Source: a virus (Duplodnaviria; Heunggongvirae; Uroviricota; Caudoviricetes). From it: a stretch of 6,495 nucleotides of DNA. The notes beneath the pieces were generated by a model. The model did no database searches. It saw nothing but the letters and a program-made list of their open reading frames with translations, and had not been told where the DNA came from. A program made the translations under genes and the position numbers. The DNA is taken from IMG/VR virus record IMGVR_UViG_2711768010_000010, one strand, 5' to 3'. The stretch's first letter is position 1, and every line of letters starts with the position of its first letter. Positions 1-6,204 of this stretch are shown piece after piece.

Positions 1-107
1 CTCTCGTCTGGGGAATATCTCCCCGGCAGCCTTCAGGGAAAAATATCATCAGATGGCTGCTTAAAAAAAGAACAAATGGTAGTGTCCGCTATTGCCAGTA
101 CACCTCA
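1..107. repeat. Left copy of a perfect 107-bp terminal inverted repeat (IR-L)
   Basis: Reverse complement of 6389..6495 is identical to 1..107 (107/107, checked block by block). Match breaks at 108 (t) versus complement of 6388 (g). Contains internal short palindromes (GGGGA-ATATC-TCCCC near 10..24; GCAGCC..GGCTGC near 26..60). Confidence 0.95.
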
Positions 108-306
108 TCCATCACCGAAAAAAATTGGCTTTTACACCATTGGCGATAAAAGCATTTACCTGTATGACCTACGCCGCATGGATGAAATCATGGAGGCTCT
201 TGATAATCGTTCGTCGATGGATTGGTGTGTTGCTGTTCATGATATGAATGCAGGGTTTGATGAAAAGATTTTGTTCCCCTCATCAGTTGAAAGCACTGCG
301 GGTTAA
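76..306 (+). CDS. Hypothetical protein, 76 aa; first 11 codons lie inside IR-L
   Basis: ORF with ATG at 76 and TAA at 304..306. Weak RBS. No family recognised by eye. Stop is followed directly by a strong AAGGAG RBS for the next gene, which supports it being part of an operon. Confidence 0.45.
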   Translation: MVVSAIASTPHPSPKKIGFYTIGDKSIYLYDLRRMDEIMEALDNRSSMDWCVAVHDMNAGFDEKILFPSSVESTAG

Positions 307-316
307 GGAGTAACAC

Positions 317-484
317 ATGACCACTATTACCAAAGAACGTATTGAATTGTTCATTAAAAACCCGCTTGAAAACGGGCTTACCCGTGGTGAACAAATGGAA
401 CTGGCACGGATTGCGCTGGCATCGCTGGAAGCAGAGCCGGTTGTGTTCTGGTTTGAAAAATATCAAGAAGGGGCTACGGCATGA
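317..484 (+). CDS. Small hypothetical protein, 55 aa (not in the supplied ORF track, below its length cutoff)
   Basis: AAGGAG at 305..310, 6 nt before ATG 317. Stop TGA 482..484 overlaps the next ATG 481 (ATGA coupling). Product [12 protein letters not shown]...[28 protein letters not shown] resembles the N-terminal half of the downstream 114-aa protein. Confidence 0.6.
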   Translation: MTTITKERIELFIKNPLENGLTRGEQMELARIALASLEAEPVVFWFEKYQEGATA

Positions 485-825
485 CGACTTTTACCAGAGA
501 GCAGTTAATAGCTCACGCAGAGGAGACTATTGAAGCACAGAGACTGTGCATACCGGGCACAATCGACCATGACATCATCCGCACATATAAGATGGATATT
601 GCTGTTCTGGAAATCGCACTGGTATCGCTGGCAGCAGAGCCAGCCGGTAAATTGCATGAATACAAACCAGTGGGATATCAGCGTCTGGTCGATGAGTTAA
701 CCATGCTGGTAAAGCAGTTAACCTGGCAACTGAGGAAAGCGAAGCCAGACTGCAAATTACCGGATAAGGCGATGAGTTATCTGGAGCGGAACGGACTGAT
801 AAGCGTGGAGGATATTTTACGATGA
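481..825 (+). CDS. Hypothetical prophage protein, 114 aa; paralog of the preceding 55-aa ORF
   Basis: ATG 481 overlaps the upstream stop. Shared motifs with the upstream ORF: MTT(I/F)T(K/R)E and (M)xxAxxxIALxSLxAEP. Stop TGA 823..825 overlaps the next ATG 822. Confidence 0.65.
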   Translation: MTTFTREQLIAHAEETIEAQRLCIPGTIDHDIIRTYKMDIAVLEIALVSLAAEPAGKLHEYKPVGYQRLVDELTMLVKQLTWQLRKAKPDCKLPDKAMSYLERNGLISVEDILR

Positions 826-905
826 CCTGGCCTGAAGCATTAACAACGGTAGGAATTGCGATGGCGGTGGCGCTGGTGGTGTATTCGATTTGCCGCTGGG
901 GATAA
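822..905 (+). CDS. Possible 27-aa single-pass hydrophobic peptide ([27 protein letters not shown])
   Basis: ATG 822 in ATGA overlap with the upstream stop. GGAGGA at 807..812. Hydrophobic core [15 protein letters not shown]. Stop TAA 903..905. Very short, so tentative. Confidence 0.3.
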   Translation: MTWPEALTTVGIAMAVALVVYSICRWG

Positions 906-1004
906 AAACGGTTTGCGGGAAAAGGAGAGTTAAGTAGAATTGCAGCGGGTGCTTGAGGCTATCTGTCTCAGGCATGAACACCAAAAGGCAGATAGAGAAA
1001 AGCC

Positions 1005-1075
1005 CCAGTTAACATTACGCGTCCGGCAAGACGCTTAACATTAATCTGAGGCTCAATCTATGAACGGCAAATCTA
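1005..1075 (-). ncRNA. Predicted Sok-like antisense RNA (coordinates approximate)
   Basis: Inference only: in hok/sok loci a roughly 65-nt antisense RNA overlaps the mok translation-initiation region. A possible minus-strand promoter (TTGCCT-17-TAACCT) lies opposite 1078..1106. Exact ends cannot be fixed from sequence. Confidence 0.25.
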
Positions 1076-1272
1076 GGTTAGCCTCTTACGTGCCGAAAGG
1101 CAAGGAGAAGCAGGCTATGAAGCAGCAAAAGGCGATGTTAATCGCCCTGATCGTCATCTGTTTAACCGTCATAGTGACGGCACTGGTAACGAGGAAAGAC
1201 CTCTGCGAGGTACGAATTCGAACCGGCCAGACGGAGGTCGCTGTCTTCACAGCTTACGAACCTGAGGAGTAA
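1060..1272 (+). CDS. mok-type in-frame leader ORF containing hok (70 aa)
   Basis: ORF MNGKSRLASYVPKGKEKQA + Hok. GAGG at 1048..1051, 8 nt before ATG 1060. From memory, chromosomal mok reading frames extend hok in frame in the same way. Confidence 0.5.
   Translation: MNGKSRLASYVPKGKEKQAMKQQKAMLIALIVICLTVIVTALVTRKDLCEVRIRTGQTEVAVFTAYEPEE
1117..1272 (+). CDS. hok: Hok/Gef-family type I toxin, 51 aa (HokD/RelF-like)
   Basis: Product MKQQKAMLIALIVICLTVIVTALVTRKDLCEVRIRTGQTEVAVFTAYEPEE carries the Hok family signature (TM helix, LTRKxLCE, GxxEVAxFxAYE). AGGAG at 1103..1107, 9 nt before ATG 1117. Confidence 0.85.
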   Translation: MKQQKAMLIALIVICLTVIVTALVTRKDLCEVRIRTGQTEVAVFTAYEPEE

Positions 1273-1340
1273 GAGACCAGGCGGGGGAGAAATCCCTCGC
1301 CACCTCTGATGGGGCAGGCATCCTCAATGCACCCACACTT

Positions 1341-1369
1341 AACCCGCTTCGGCGGGTTTTTGTTTTTAT
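1341..1369 (+). terminator. Rho-independent terminator at the 3' end of the hok transcript
   Basis: AACCCGC-TTCG-GCGGGTT hairpin (UUCG tetraloop) followed by TTTTTGTTTTT. Confidence 0.7.
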
Positions 1370-1380
1370 TTTCAACGCGT

Positions 1381-1410
1381 TTGAAGTTTTAGATGGTGCC
1401 GGAATAGAAT
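1381..1410 (+). promoter_or_regulatory. Candidate sigma70 promoter for the downstream operon
   Basis: TTGAAG (1381..1386), 18-nt spacer, TAGAAT (1405..1410), just after the hok terminator and about 80 nt before the next ORF. Confidence 0.3.
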
Positions 1411-1492
1411 CAAAAATACTTAAGTAGCGCGCAGGGAGAAGAGGGATGGACCCCGAACAGGGGAGTGCTATTTATCTGGAAGGATTCTGTTG

Positions 1493-1774
1493 ATGAAAAT
1501 CGAAGAATTACGTGAAATTTTTAGTGAAGATGGCCTCTATACTGTGCGCGTTGAGAATGGCGCTATTGTCAGCCACTGCCTTCCAGACTACACAATTCTG
1601 ATAATTCAGCCGTCTTTGCCAGCAGGCACGGGCGGCGCTCTCACGCATTTAAATCTGATTGGTACCAGCATCCCCCATGCACTGAAGAACAGGCCGAATG
1701 GCTCATTCAGTGTTACCGCAGGCGCGGATGCGAGGTTAAAAAAGCCCTTAGCCTCGACTACCGTCACTGGATAA
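1493..1774 (+). CDS. Hypothetical protein, 93 aa; sits where rem lies in Qin-type prophages
   Basis: ATG 1493 (the track start at 1490 is TTG immediately before it). GGAAGGA about 10 nt upstream. Stop TAA 1772..1774. The rem assignment is positional only, from the recalled order hokD-rem-ydfU. Confidence 0.5.
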   Translation: MKIEELREIFSEDGLYTVRVENGAIVSHCLPDYTILIIQPSLPAGTGGALTHLNLIGTSIPHALKNRPNGSFSVTAGADARLKKPLASTTVTG

Positions 1775-1849
1775 TCTCCGTCAGGCTCCCTTACTCCGAA
1801 CGGCCAACGCGTCCGTCCCGCACATTCCAGCAACGGATCTGGAGGTAAT

Positions 1850-2908
1850 GTGCGGGTATTACTTCGACCTGTTCTGGTACCGGAACTCGGTCTGGTTATC
1901 GTTAAGCCAGGCCGTGAATCAATGTCAGCATTCCATAACGGCAGAATACTGGTGGAGCCGGAACCAAAAAGCATGCGTAATCTGCCGTCCGGGGTCGTTC
2001 CTGCCGCTCGCCAGCCGCTGGTGGAAGACAAAACATTGCTGCCGTTTTTCAGTAACGCACGGGTGATTCGTGCTGCTGGTGGTGCTGGTGCATTGTCTGA
2101 CTGGCTGTTGCGCCATATTAAATCCTGCCAGTGGCCACACGGCGATTATCATCACAGCGAAACCGTCATTCACCGTTATGGTACCGGCGCAATGGTGTTG
2201 TGCTGGCACTGCGACAACCAGCTGCGTGACCAGACATCCGAATCACTCGAGCAACTTGCTCATCAAAACCTGTCAGCATGGATGATTGACGTCATCGGTC
2301 ACGCAATAAGCGGTACGCAGGAGCGTGAATTATCTCTGGCTGAATTATCCTGGTGGGCGGTCCGCAATCAGGTGGCGGACGCGCTACCGGAAGCGGTATT
2401 ACGTCGTTCGCTGGGGTTGCGTGCGGAAAAAATTCGCTCTGTGTACAGTGAAAGCGACATCATACCGGGAGAGCAGACAGCCACCAGCATACTGAAGCAG
2501 CGCACAAAAAATATTGCGTTACTGCCTCACGTCCACCAGCAACAGAACCCACCACAGGAAAAGACGGTGGTCAGCATTGCCGTTGATCCGGAGTCACCGG
2601 CTCAGTATCTCCAGCGCCAGAAATCACAACGGGAAGAGATGCCTGTATACACGCGCTGGGTAAAAACGCAGAAATGCATGACGTGTGGCAATCAGGCAGA
2701 TGATCCGCATCACATCATTGGTCATGGACTGGGAGGGATGGGAACAAAGGCTGATGATTTGTTTGTTATTCCGTTATGCCGTAAATGCCGTAACGAACTA
2801 CATGCCGGAGTAAAAGATTTTGAAGAGAAACACGGCAGTCAGCTGTTGTTGCTGATTCGTTTTTTAATGCACGCGAGAAATTCGGGTGTTCTGAAGTGGA
2901 AAGCATAA
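1850..2908 (+). CDS. DUF968 / YdfU-like prophage protein, 352 aa, with Cys/His-rich C-terminal motif
   Basis: Long ORF. GTG start at 1850 with GGAGG at 1841..1845 (alternative in-frame ATG at 1922). C-terminus has CMTC...PHHIIGHG...CRKCRNELH, an HNH-like pattern. Similarity to E. coli YdfU is from memory. Confidence 0.7.
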   Translation: MRVLLRPVLVPELGLVIVKPGRESMSAFHNGRILVEPEPKSMRNLPSGVVPAARQPLVEDKTLLPFFSNARVIRAAGGAGALSDWLLRHIKSCQWPHGDYHHSETVIHRYGTGAMVLCWHCDNQLRDQTSESLEQLAHQNLSAWMIDVIGHAISGTQERELSLAELSWWAVRNQVADALPEAVLRRSLGLRAEKIRSVYSESDIIPGEQTATSILKQRTKNIALLPHVHQQQNPPQEKTVVSIAVDPESPAQYLQRQKSQREEMPVYTRWVKTQKCMTCGNQADDPHHIIGHGLGGMGTKADDLFVIPLCRKCRNELHAGVKDFEEKHGSQLLLLIRFLMHARNSGVLKWKA

Positions 2909-3289
2909 ATGACCGAGCGCATAGAATTTGTTTTACCTTACCCGCCGACGGTGAACACTTACTGGCGTCGTCGTGGCAGCACATATTTTGTATCAAAAGC
3001 CGGGGAGCGTTATCGCCGGGCAGTGGCGCTTATTGTTCGCCAGCAGCGGCTGAAATTAAGCCTGTCCGGAAGGTTGGCAATAAAAATTATTGCAGAACCA
3101 CCGGATAAGCGCCGCCGTGACCTGGACAATATTCTGAAAGCGCCGCTGGATGCGCTGACGCATGCGGGGTTGCTAATGGACGATGAGCAGTTTGATGAAA
3201 TCAATATCGTTCGTGCTCAGCCAGTATCTGGTGGACGTCTGGGGGTGAAGATTTATCCCATAATGCTTGAAGGGCAGGTCAAAAAATGA
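2909..3289 (+). CDS. rusA: RusA-family Holliday junction resolvase, 126 aa
   Basis: Conserved RusA pattern: LPYPPTVNTYWRRRG near the N-terminus and PDKRRRDLDNILKAPLDALTHAG (E. coli RusA has [23 protein letters not shown]). ATG 2909 directly follows the upstream TAA. Stop overlaps the Q start (ATGA at 3286). Confidence 0.9.
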   Translation: MTERIEFVLPYPPTVNTYWRRRGSTYFVSKAGERYRRAVALIVRQQRLKLSLSGRLAIKIIAEPPDKRRRDLDNILKAPLDALTHAGLLMDDEQFDEINIVRAQPVSGGRLGVKIYPIMLEGQVKK

Positions 3290-4107
3290 AACTGGAAGAT
3301 TTACCGAAATACTACTCCCCAAAATCCCCCGGCCTGACTGATGCATCGGCCTCAACGTCGAAAGATGCGCTGAGTATCACTGATGTGATGGCCGCGCAGG
3401 GCATGACACAGAATCGGGCTGAGATGGGGGTTTCTGCGTTCCTTGGGAAAATGGGCATTAGTATGAATGACAGAGAGCGGGCAACAGAATTGCTGACAGA
3501 ATATGCACTCAGTCGGTGTGATCGCGTGGCGGCGTTAAGAAAACTCCCGGCAGAAATAAAACCGGCAGTGATGCGTATTATGGCTTCGTATGCGTTTGAA
3601 GATTATGCCCGTAGCGCGGCGAGCAAAAAACAGTGCCCCTGCTGTCACGGAAAAAAATTTATTGAAAGCGAGGTTTTTACAAACAAGATCCAGTATCCGG
3701 ATGGTAAGCCGCCGGTATGGGCAAAGTGTACGAAAGGTGTGTATCCGTCTTACTGGGAAGAATGGAAAAAAGTCAGGGAGGTGGTAAAAGTTGCCTGTCC
3801 GGAGTGTGGCGGAAAGGGTGAGGTTTCCACCGCCTGTAAGGATTGCCGTGGGCGTGGTGTCGCCATTCATCGTGAAGAGTCGGTAAAACGTGGTATGCCT
3901 GTTATCAGAGACTGCCAGCGTTGTGGTGGTCGTGGCTATGAAAGACTACCATCAACGGAGGCATTTAATGCTATATGCGAGGTGACAAACCAGATAACAC
4001 GCGCGTCATGGGAAAAAACAGTTAAGAAATTTTATGATGCGCTGGTGACCCGGTTTGATATTGAAGAAGCATGGGCTGAGCGGCAGTTAAAAAAGGTAAC
4101 TAGGTAA
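3286..4107 (+). CDS. Late-gene antiterminator Q (long, Cys-rich QuuQ-type), 273 aa
   Basis: Sits immediately upstream of a lambda-pR'-like promoter, pause element and tR'. Carries repeated CxxCxGxG zinc-finger motifs (CPECGGKG, CKDCRGRG, CQRCGGRG) plus CPCCHGKK. Family assignment not database-checked. Confidence 0.7.
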   Translation: MKLEDLPKYYSPKSPGLTDASASTSKDALSITDVMAAQGMTQNRAEMGVSAFLGKMGISMNDRERATELLTEYALSRCDRVAALRKLPAEIKPAVMRIMASYAFEDYARSAASKKQCPCCHGKKFIESEVFTNKIQYPDGKPPVWAKCTKGVYPSYWEEWKKVREVVKVACPECGGKGEVSTACKDCRGRGVAIHREESVKRGMPVIRDCQRCGGRGYERLPSTEAFNAICEVTNQITRASWEKTVKKFYDALVTRFDIEEAWAERQLKKVTR

Positions 4108-4111
4108 CAAG

Positions 4112-4140
4112 GTTGATTTTTCCGGAATCTGTGGTAAATT
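4112..4140 (+). promoter_or_regulatory. Late promoter pR'-like with extended -10, followed by sigma-dependent pause element
   Basis: TTGATT (4113..4118) and TGgTAAATT (4132..4140). AACGATGGG sits 6 nt after the -10 (4147..4155), the same spacing as lambda pR' (TAAATT-6nt-AACGATGGG). Confidence 0.7.
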
Positions 4141-4187
4141 CGTTATAACGATGGGCGTTTTATGCCTGACGTTAGAAGAGTTTCTAC

Positions 4188-4211
4188 AACCCGCCGCCGA
4201 GCGGGTTTTTT
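4188..4211 (+). terminator. tR'-like rho-independent terminator
   Basis: AACCCGC-CGCCGA-GCGGGTT hairpin followed by TTTTTT, about 65 nt after the predicted pR' start. Confidence 0.7.
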
Positions 4212-4331
4212 ATGACTGAAATCGCGTCAGTACAGTAAACGCGCTGGTGGCGGTGAATACCTGTCTTTCAGCTTGCTGGCTTTTTCGACAAGAGTTATTG
4301 GTGTGTCACGTTAACCGGAAAAGGAAAAGAC

Positions 4332-4529
4332 ATGCTAAAACAGCAGGATATGACAGAAACCGCCAGAGTGGTGTTTAATGAATTAAGCGTTACCGAACCG
4401 GCGACAGTCGGGGAGATAGCGCAGAATACTTACCTTTCACGCGAACGCTGCCAGTTAATACTGACCCAGCTGGTTATGGCGGGTCTGGCAGACTATCAGT
4501 TCGGTTGTTACAGACGCCTTCCGCAGTGA
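4332..4529 (+). CDS. Small winged-helix/HTH-like protein, 65 aa
   Basis: AAGGA 6 nt before ATG 4332. HTH-like segment TVGEIAQNTYLSRERCQLILTQLVMAGL. Its 3' end is embedded in a terminator hairpin. Confidence 0.5.
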   Translation: MLKQQDMTETARVVFNELSVTEPATVGEIAQNTYLSRERCQLILTQLVMAGLADYQFGCYRRLPQ

Positions 4530-4539
4530 AGGCTTTTTT
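4516..4539 (+). terminator. Rho-independent terminator after the small wHTH ORF
   Basis: GCCTTC-CGCAGT-GAAGGC hairpin (stop codon TGA 4527..4529 lies in the loop/stem) followed by TTTTTT. Confidence 0.65.
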
Positions 4540-4542
4540 ATT

Positions 4543-4553
4543 TGTGGTAAATG
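4543..4553 (+). promoter_or_regulatory. Candidate extended -10 promoter element upstream of the methyltransferase
   Basis: TGTGGTAAAT at 4543..4552 is identical to the pR' extended -10 core at 4130..4139. No clear -35. Confidence 0.3.
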
Positions 4554-4556
4554 GGC

Positions 4557-4587
4557 GGCTGGTGGGTGTTAGGGGCACCCACCAGCC
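4557..4587 (+). promoter_or_regulatory. Perfect 12-bp palindrome (GGCTGGTGGGTG-7nt-CACCCACCAGCC): operator or RNA hairpin
   Basis: Arms 4557..4568 and 4576..4587 are exact reverse complements. No T-tract follows, so not a canonical intrinsic terminator. Lies between the candidate promoter and the methyltransferase start. Confidence 0.5.
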
Positions 4588-4679
4588 ATCTGCTCATGCG
4601 TTGGGTTCACAAGCAAACCTCAGGCCCACTGCTTTGCGCAAAAGCAGAATGAGCCTATCAGAGACAGGCTTAATGATCC

Positions 4680-5738
4680 ATGCTTAATACTGTAAAAATA
4701 TCCAGTTGTGAGTTAATCAACGCCGACTGCCTGGAATTTATCCGGTCGTTACCCGAAAATTCTGTTGACCTGATAGTCACGGACCCGCCGTACTTTAAAG
4801 TGAAGCCTGAGGGCTGGGATAACCAGTGGAAGGGCGACGATGATTACCTGAAGTGGCTGGACCAGTGTCTGGCGCAGTTCTGGCGGGTGCTGAAACCTGC
4901 CGGAAGTCTTTACCTGTTCTGTGGTCATCGCCTGGCATCTGATATCGAAATCATGATGCGTGAACGCTTCAGTGTGCTGAACCATATTATCTGGGCGAAG
5001 CCGTCCGGACGCTGGAACGGATGCAACAAGGAAAGCCTGCGGGCGTATTTCCCCGCCACAGAGCGCATTCTGTTCGCGGAACATTATCAGGGGCCGTATC
5101 GTCCGAAAGATGCCGGGTATGCGGCGAAGGGCAGTGCACTGAAACAGCATGTGATGGCCCCGCTGATTTCTTACTTTCGTGATGCGCGAGCTGCCCTGGG
5201 GATAACGGCAAAACAGATTGCAGATGCCACAGGAAAGAAAAACATGGTGTCGCACTGGTTCAGTGCCGGTCAGTGGCAGTTGCCGAATGAAAGCGATTAT
5301 CTGAAATTACAGGCGCTGTTTGCCCGGGTGGCAGAAGAGAAGCATCGGCGTGGTGAACTGGAAAAGCTCCACCACCAGCTGGTGGATACGTATACCTCAC
5401 TGAACCGGCAGTATGCGGAGCTGCTGAGTGAATATAAACATCTGCGGCGGTATTTTGGCGTGACGGTGCAGGTGCCGTATACCGATGTGTGGACGCATAA
5501 ACCGGTGCAGTTCTATCCCGGGAAACATCCGTGCGAAAAACCGGCAGAAATGCTGCAGCAGATAATCAGCGCTAGCAGTCGTCCGGGTGACCTGATTGCA
5601 GATTTTTTCATGGGGTTGGGTTCGACAGTGAAAGCGGCACTGGCGCTCGGGCGTCGTGCAATTGGCGTTGAGCTGGAGACTGAACGTTTTGAGCAGACGG
5701 TTCGGGAAGTACAGGATTTAGTCAGCCAGAACGGATGA
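4680..5738 (+). CDS. Orphan DNA methyltransferase, amino-MTase (N6-adenine or N4-cytosine), beta-class motif order, 352 aa
   Basis: Motif IV DPPY near the N-terminus (LIVTDPPYF) and motif I FxGxGS near the C-terminus (DFFMGLGST), separated by a roughly 200-aa insert. No restriction endonuclease candidate in the window. Confidence 0.85.
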   Translation: MLNTVKISSCELINADCLEFIRSLPENSVDLIVTDPPYFKVKPEGWDNQWKGDDDYLKWLDQCLAQFWRVLKPAGSLYLFCGHRLASDIEIMMRERFSVLNHIIWAKPSGRWNGCNKESLRAYFPATERILFAEHYQGPYRPKDAGYAAKGSALKQHVMAPLISYFRDARAALGITAKQIADATGKKNMVSHWFSAGQWQLPNESDYLKLQALFARVAEEKHRRGELEKLHHQLVDTYTSLNRQYAELLSEYKHLRRYFGVTVQVPYTDVWTHKPVQFYPGKHPCEKPAEMLQQIISASSRPGDLIADFFMGLGSTVKAALALGRRAIGVELETERFEQTVREVQDLVSQNG

Positions 5739-5740
5739 TA

Positions 5741-5769
5741 TTGAAGAATTAATTACGCGTCGTTATTAT
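5741..5769 (+). promoter_or_regulatory. Sigma70 promoter for the tRNA cassette
   Basis: TTGAAG (5741..5746), 17-nt spacer, TATTAT (5764..5769), then a GC-rich discriminator (GCGGCTCC) before the tRNA 5' end at 5779. Confidence 0.6.
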
Positions 5770-5778
5770 GCGGCTCCC

Positions 5779-5854
5779 GGCCCTTTAGCTCAGTGGTGAG
5801 AGCGAGCGACTCATAATCGCCAGGTCGCTGGTTCAAATCCCCGATGGCGGTCCA
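5779..5854 (+). tRNA. tRNA-Ile2(CAU)-like (ileX/ileZ-like); 3' end does not fold canonically, possibly defective
   Basis: Acceptor 5' strand GGCCCTT, D-arm GCTC-AGTGGTGA-GAGC and anticodon loop CTCATAA (anticodon CAT) match recalled E. coli ileX almost base for base. After the T-loop (TTCAAAT) the sequence CCCCGATGGCGGTCCA pairs with neither the T-stem 5' strand GCTGG nor the acceptor strand. Confidence 0.5.
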
Positions 5855-5867
5855 TTATCTGCATCAT

Positions 5868-5944
5868 GCGTTGTTAGCTCAGCCGGACAGAGCAATTGCC
5901 TTCTAAGCAATCGGTCACTGGTTCGAATCCAGTACAACGCGCCA
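5868..5944 (+). tRNA. tRNA-Arg(UCU), phage-type (argO-like)
   Basis: Full cloverleaf folded by hand: acceptor GCGTTGT/ACAACGC, D-stem GCTC/GAGC, anticodon stem ATTGC/GCAAT with loop CTTCTAA (anticodon TCT), T-arm ACTGG-TTCGAAT-CCAGT, discriminator G, encoded CCA. Differs from the recalled chromosomal argU sequence. Confidence 0.9.
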
Positions 5945-5958
5945 CACTTATTTTCCCT

Positions 5959-5984
5959 GGCTCGCTTTTGCGGGCCTTTTTTTT
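5959..5984 (+). terminator. Rho-independent terminator after the tRNA cassette
   Basis: GGCTCGC-TTTT-GCGGGCC hairpin (one G.U pair) followed by 8 T residues. Confidence 0.75.
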
Positions 5985-6181
5985 AAATGTCTCACAATTC
6001 AGACGGTTGACAGTTGTCTGTTTTGCGGGGAGTTTGTTAAAAGAAACTGGCATGGTGAATCCCCCTGTGCGGAGGGGCAATCAGCGAGTAGGTATATGGG
6101 ATAATCGCGGATTCAGGTGCTGGTACTGAATTCACCGGGAGGCACCCGGCATCATGCAATGGCACATAGCGCCACTCTCCA

Positions 6182-6204
6182 GCCCTCTCCGGAGGGGCTT
6201 TTCT
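6182..6204 (+). terminator. Terminator-like hairpin with U-rich tail in the non-coding region
   Basis: GCCCT-CTCCGGA-GGGGC followed by TTTTCT. Short stem, so weak evidence. CGGAGGGGC also occurs at 6070..6078. Confidence 0.3.

Noticed and set aside
188-466. Minus-strand 92-aa ORF
   Set aside because: Lies entirely antisense to the coupled plus-strand ORFs 76..306 and 317..484, with no RBS or recognisable product; typical shadow ORF.
342-533. Plus-strand 63-aa ORF in an alternative frame
   Set aside because: Begins with TTG in the +1 frame of the well-supported 317..484 ORF and has no RBS; overlaps two coupled genes.
1606-2209. Minus-strand ORFs 1606..2031 and 1925..2209, and plus-strand 1848..2066 and 2070..2285
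   Set aside because: All overlap the long DUF968 ORF (1850..2908) in other frames or on the opposite strand; Pro/Arg/Gly-rich products typical of GC-rich shadow frames.
2766-3204. ORFs 2766..2996 (-), 2896..3108 (+) and 3010..3204 (-)
   Set aside because: Overlap the RusA gene or the DUF968 3' end in non-coding frames; RusA has clear family motifs in the annotated frame.
3535-3870. ORFs 3535..3870 (-) and 3590..3787 (+) inside the Q gene
   Set aside because: Embedded in the Q antiterminator ORF, whose frame carries the conserved CxxCxGxG repeats.
4112-4553. Second Q-dependent late promoter at 4543..4553
   Set aside because: Only the extended -10 core is shared with pR'; the AACGAT pause element and a -35 are missing, so it is kept only as a candidate ordinary promoter.
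4505-4687. Plus-strand 60-aa ORF spanning the intergenic region before the methyltransferase
   Set aside because: Runs across a terminator hairpin and the 12-bp palindrome and has no RBS; the region is better explained as regulatory.
4749-5255. Minus-strand ORFs 4749..5255 and 4987..5211
   Set aside because: Antisense to the methyltransferase gene, which has clear catalytic motifs in the plus frame.
5874-6129. ORFs 5874..6080 (-) and 5896..6129 (+)
   Set aside because: Both overlap the tRNA-Arg gene and its terminator; the translations have no protein-like features.
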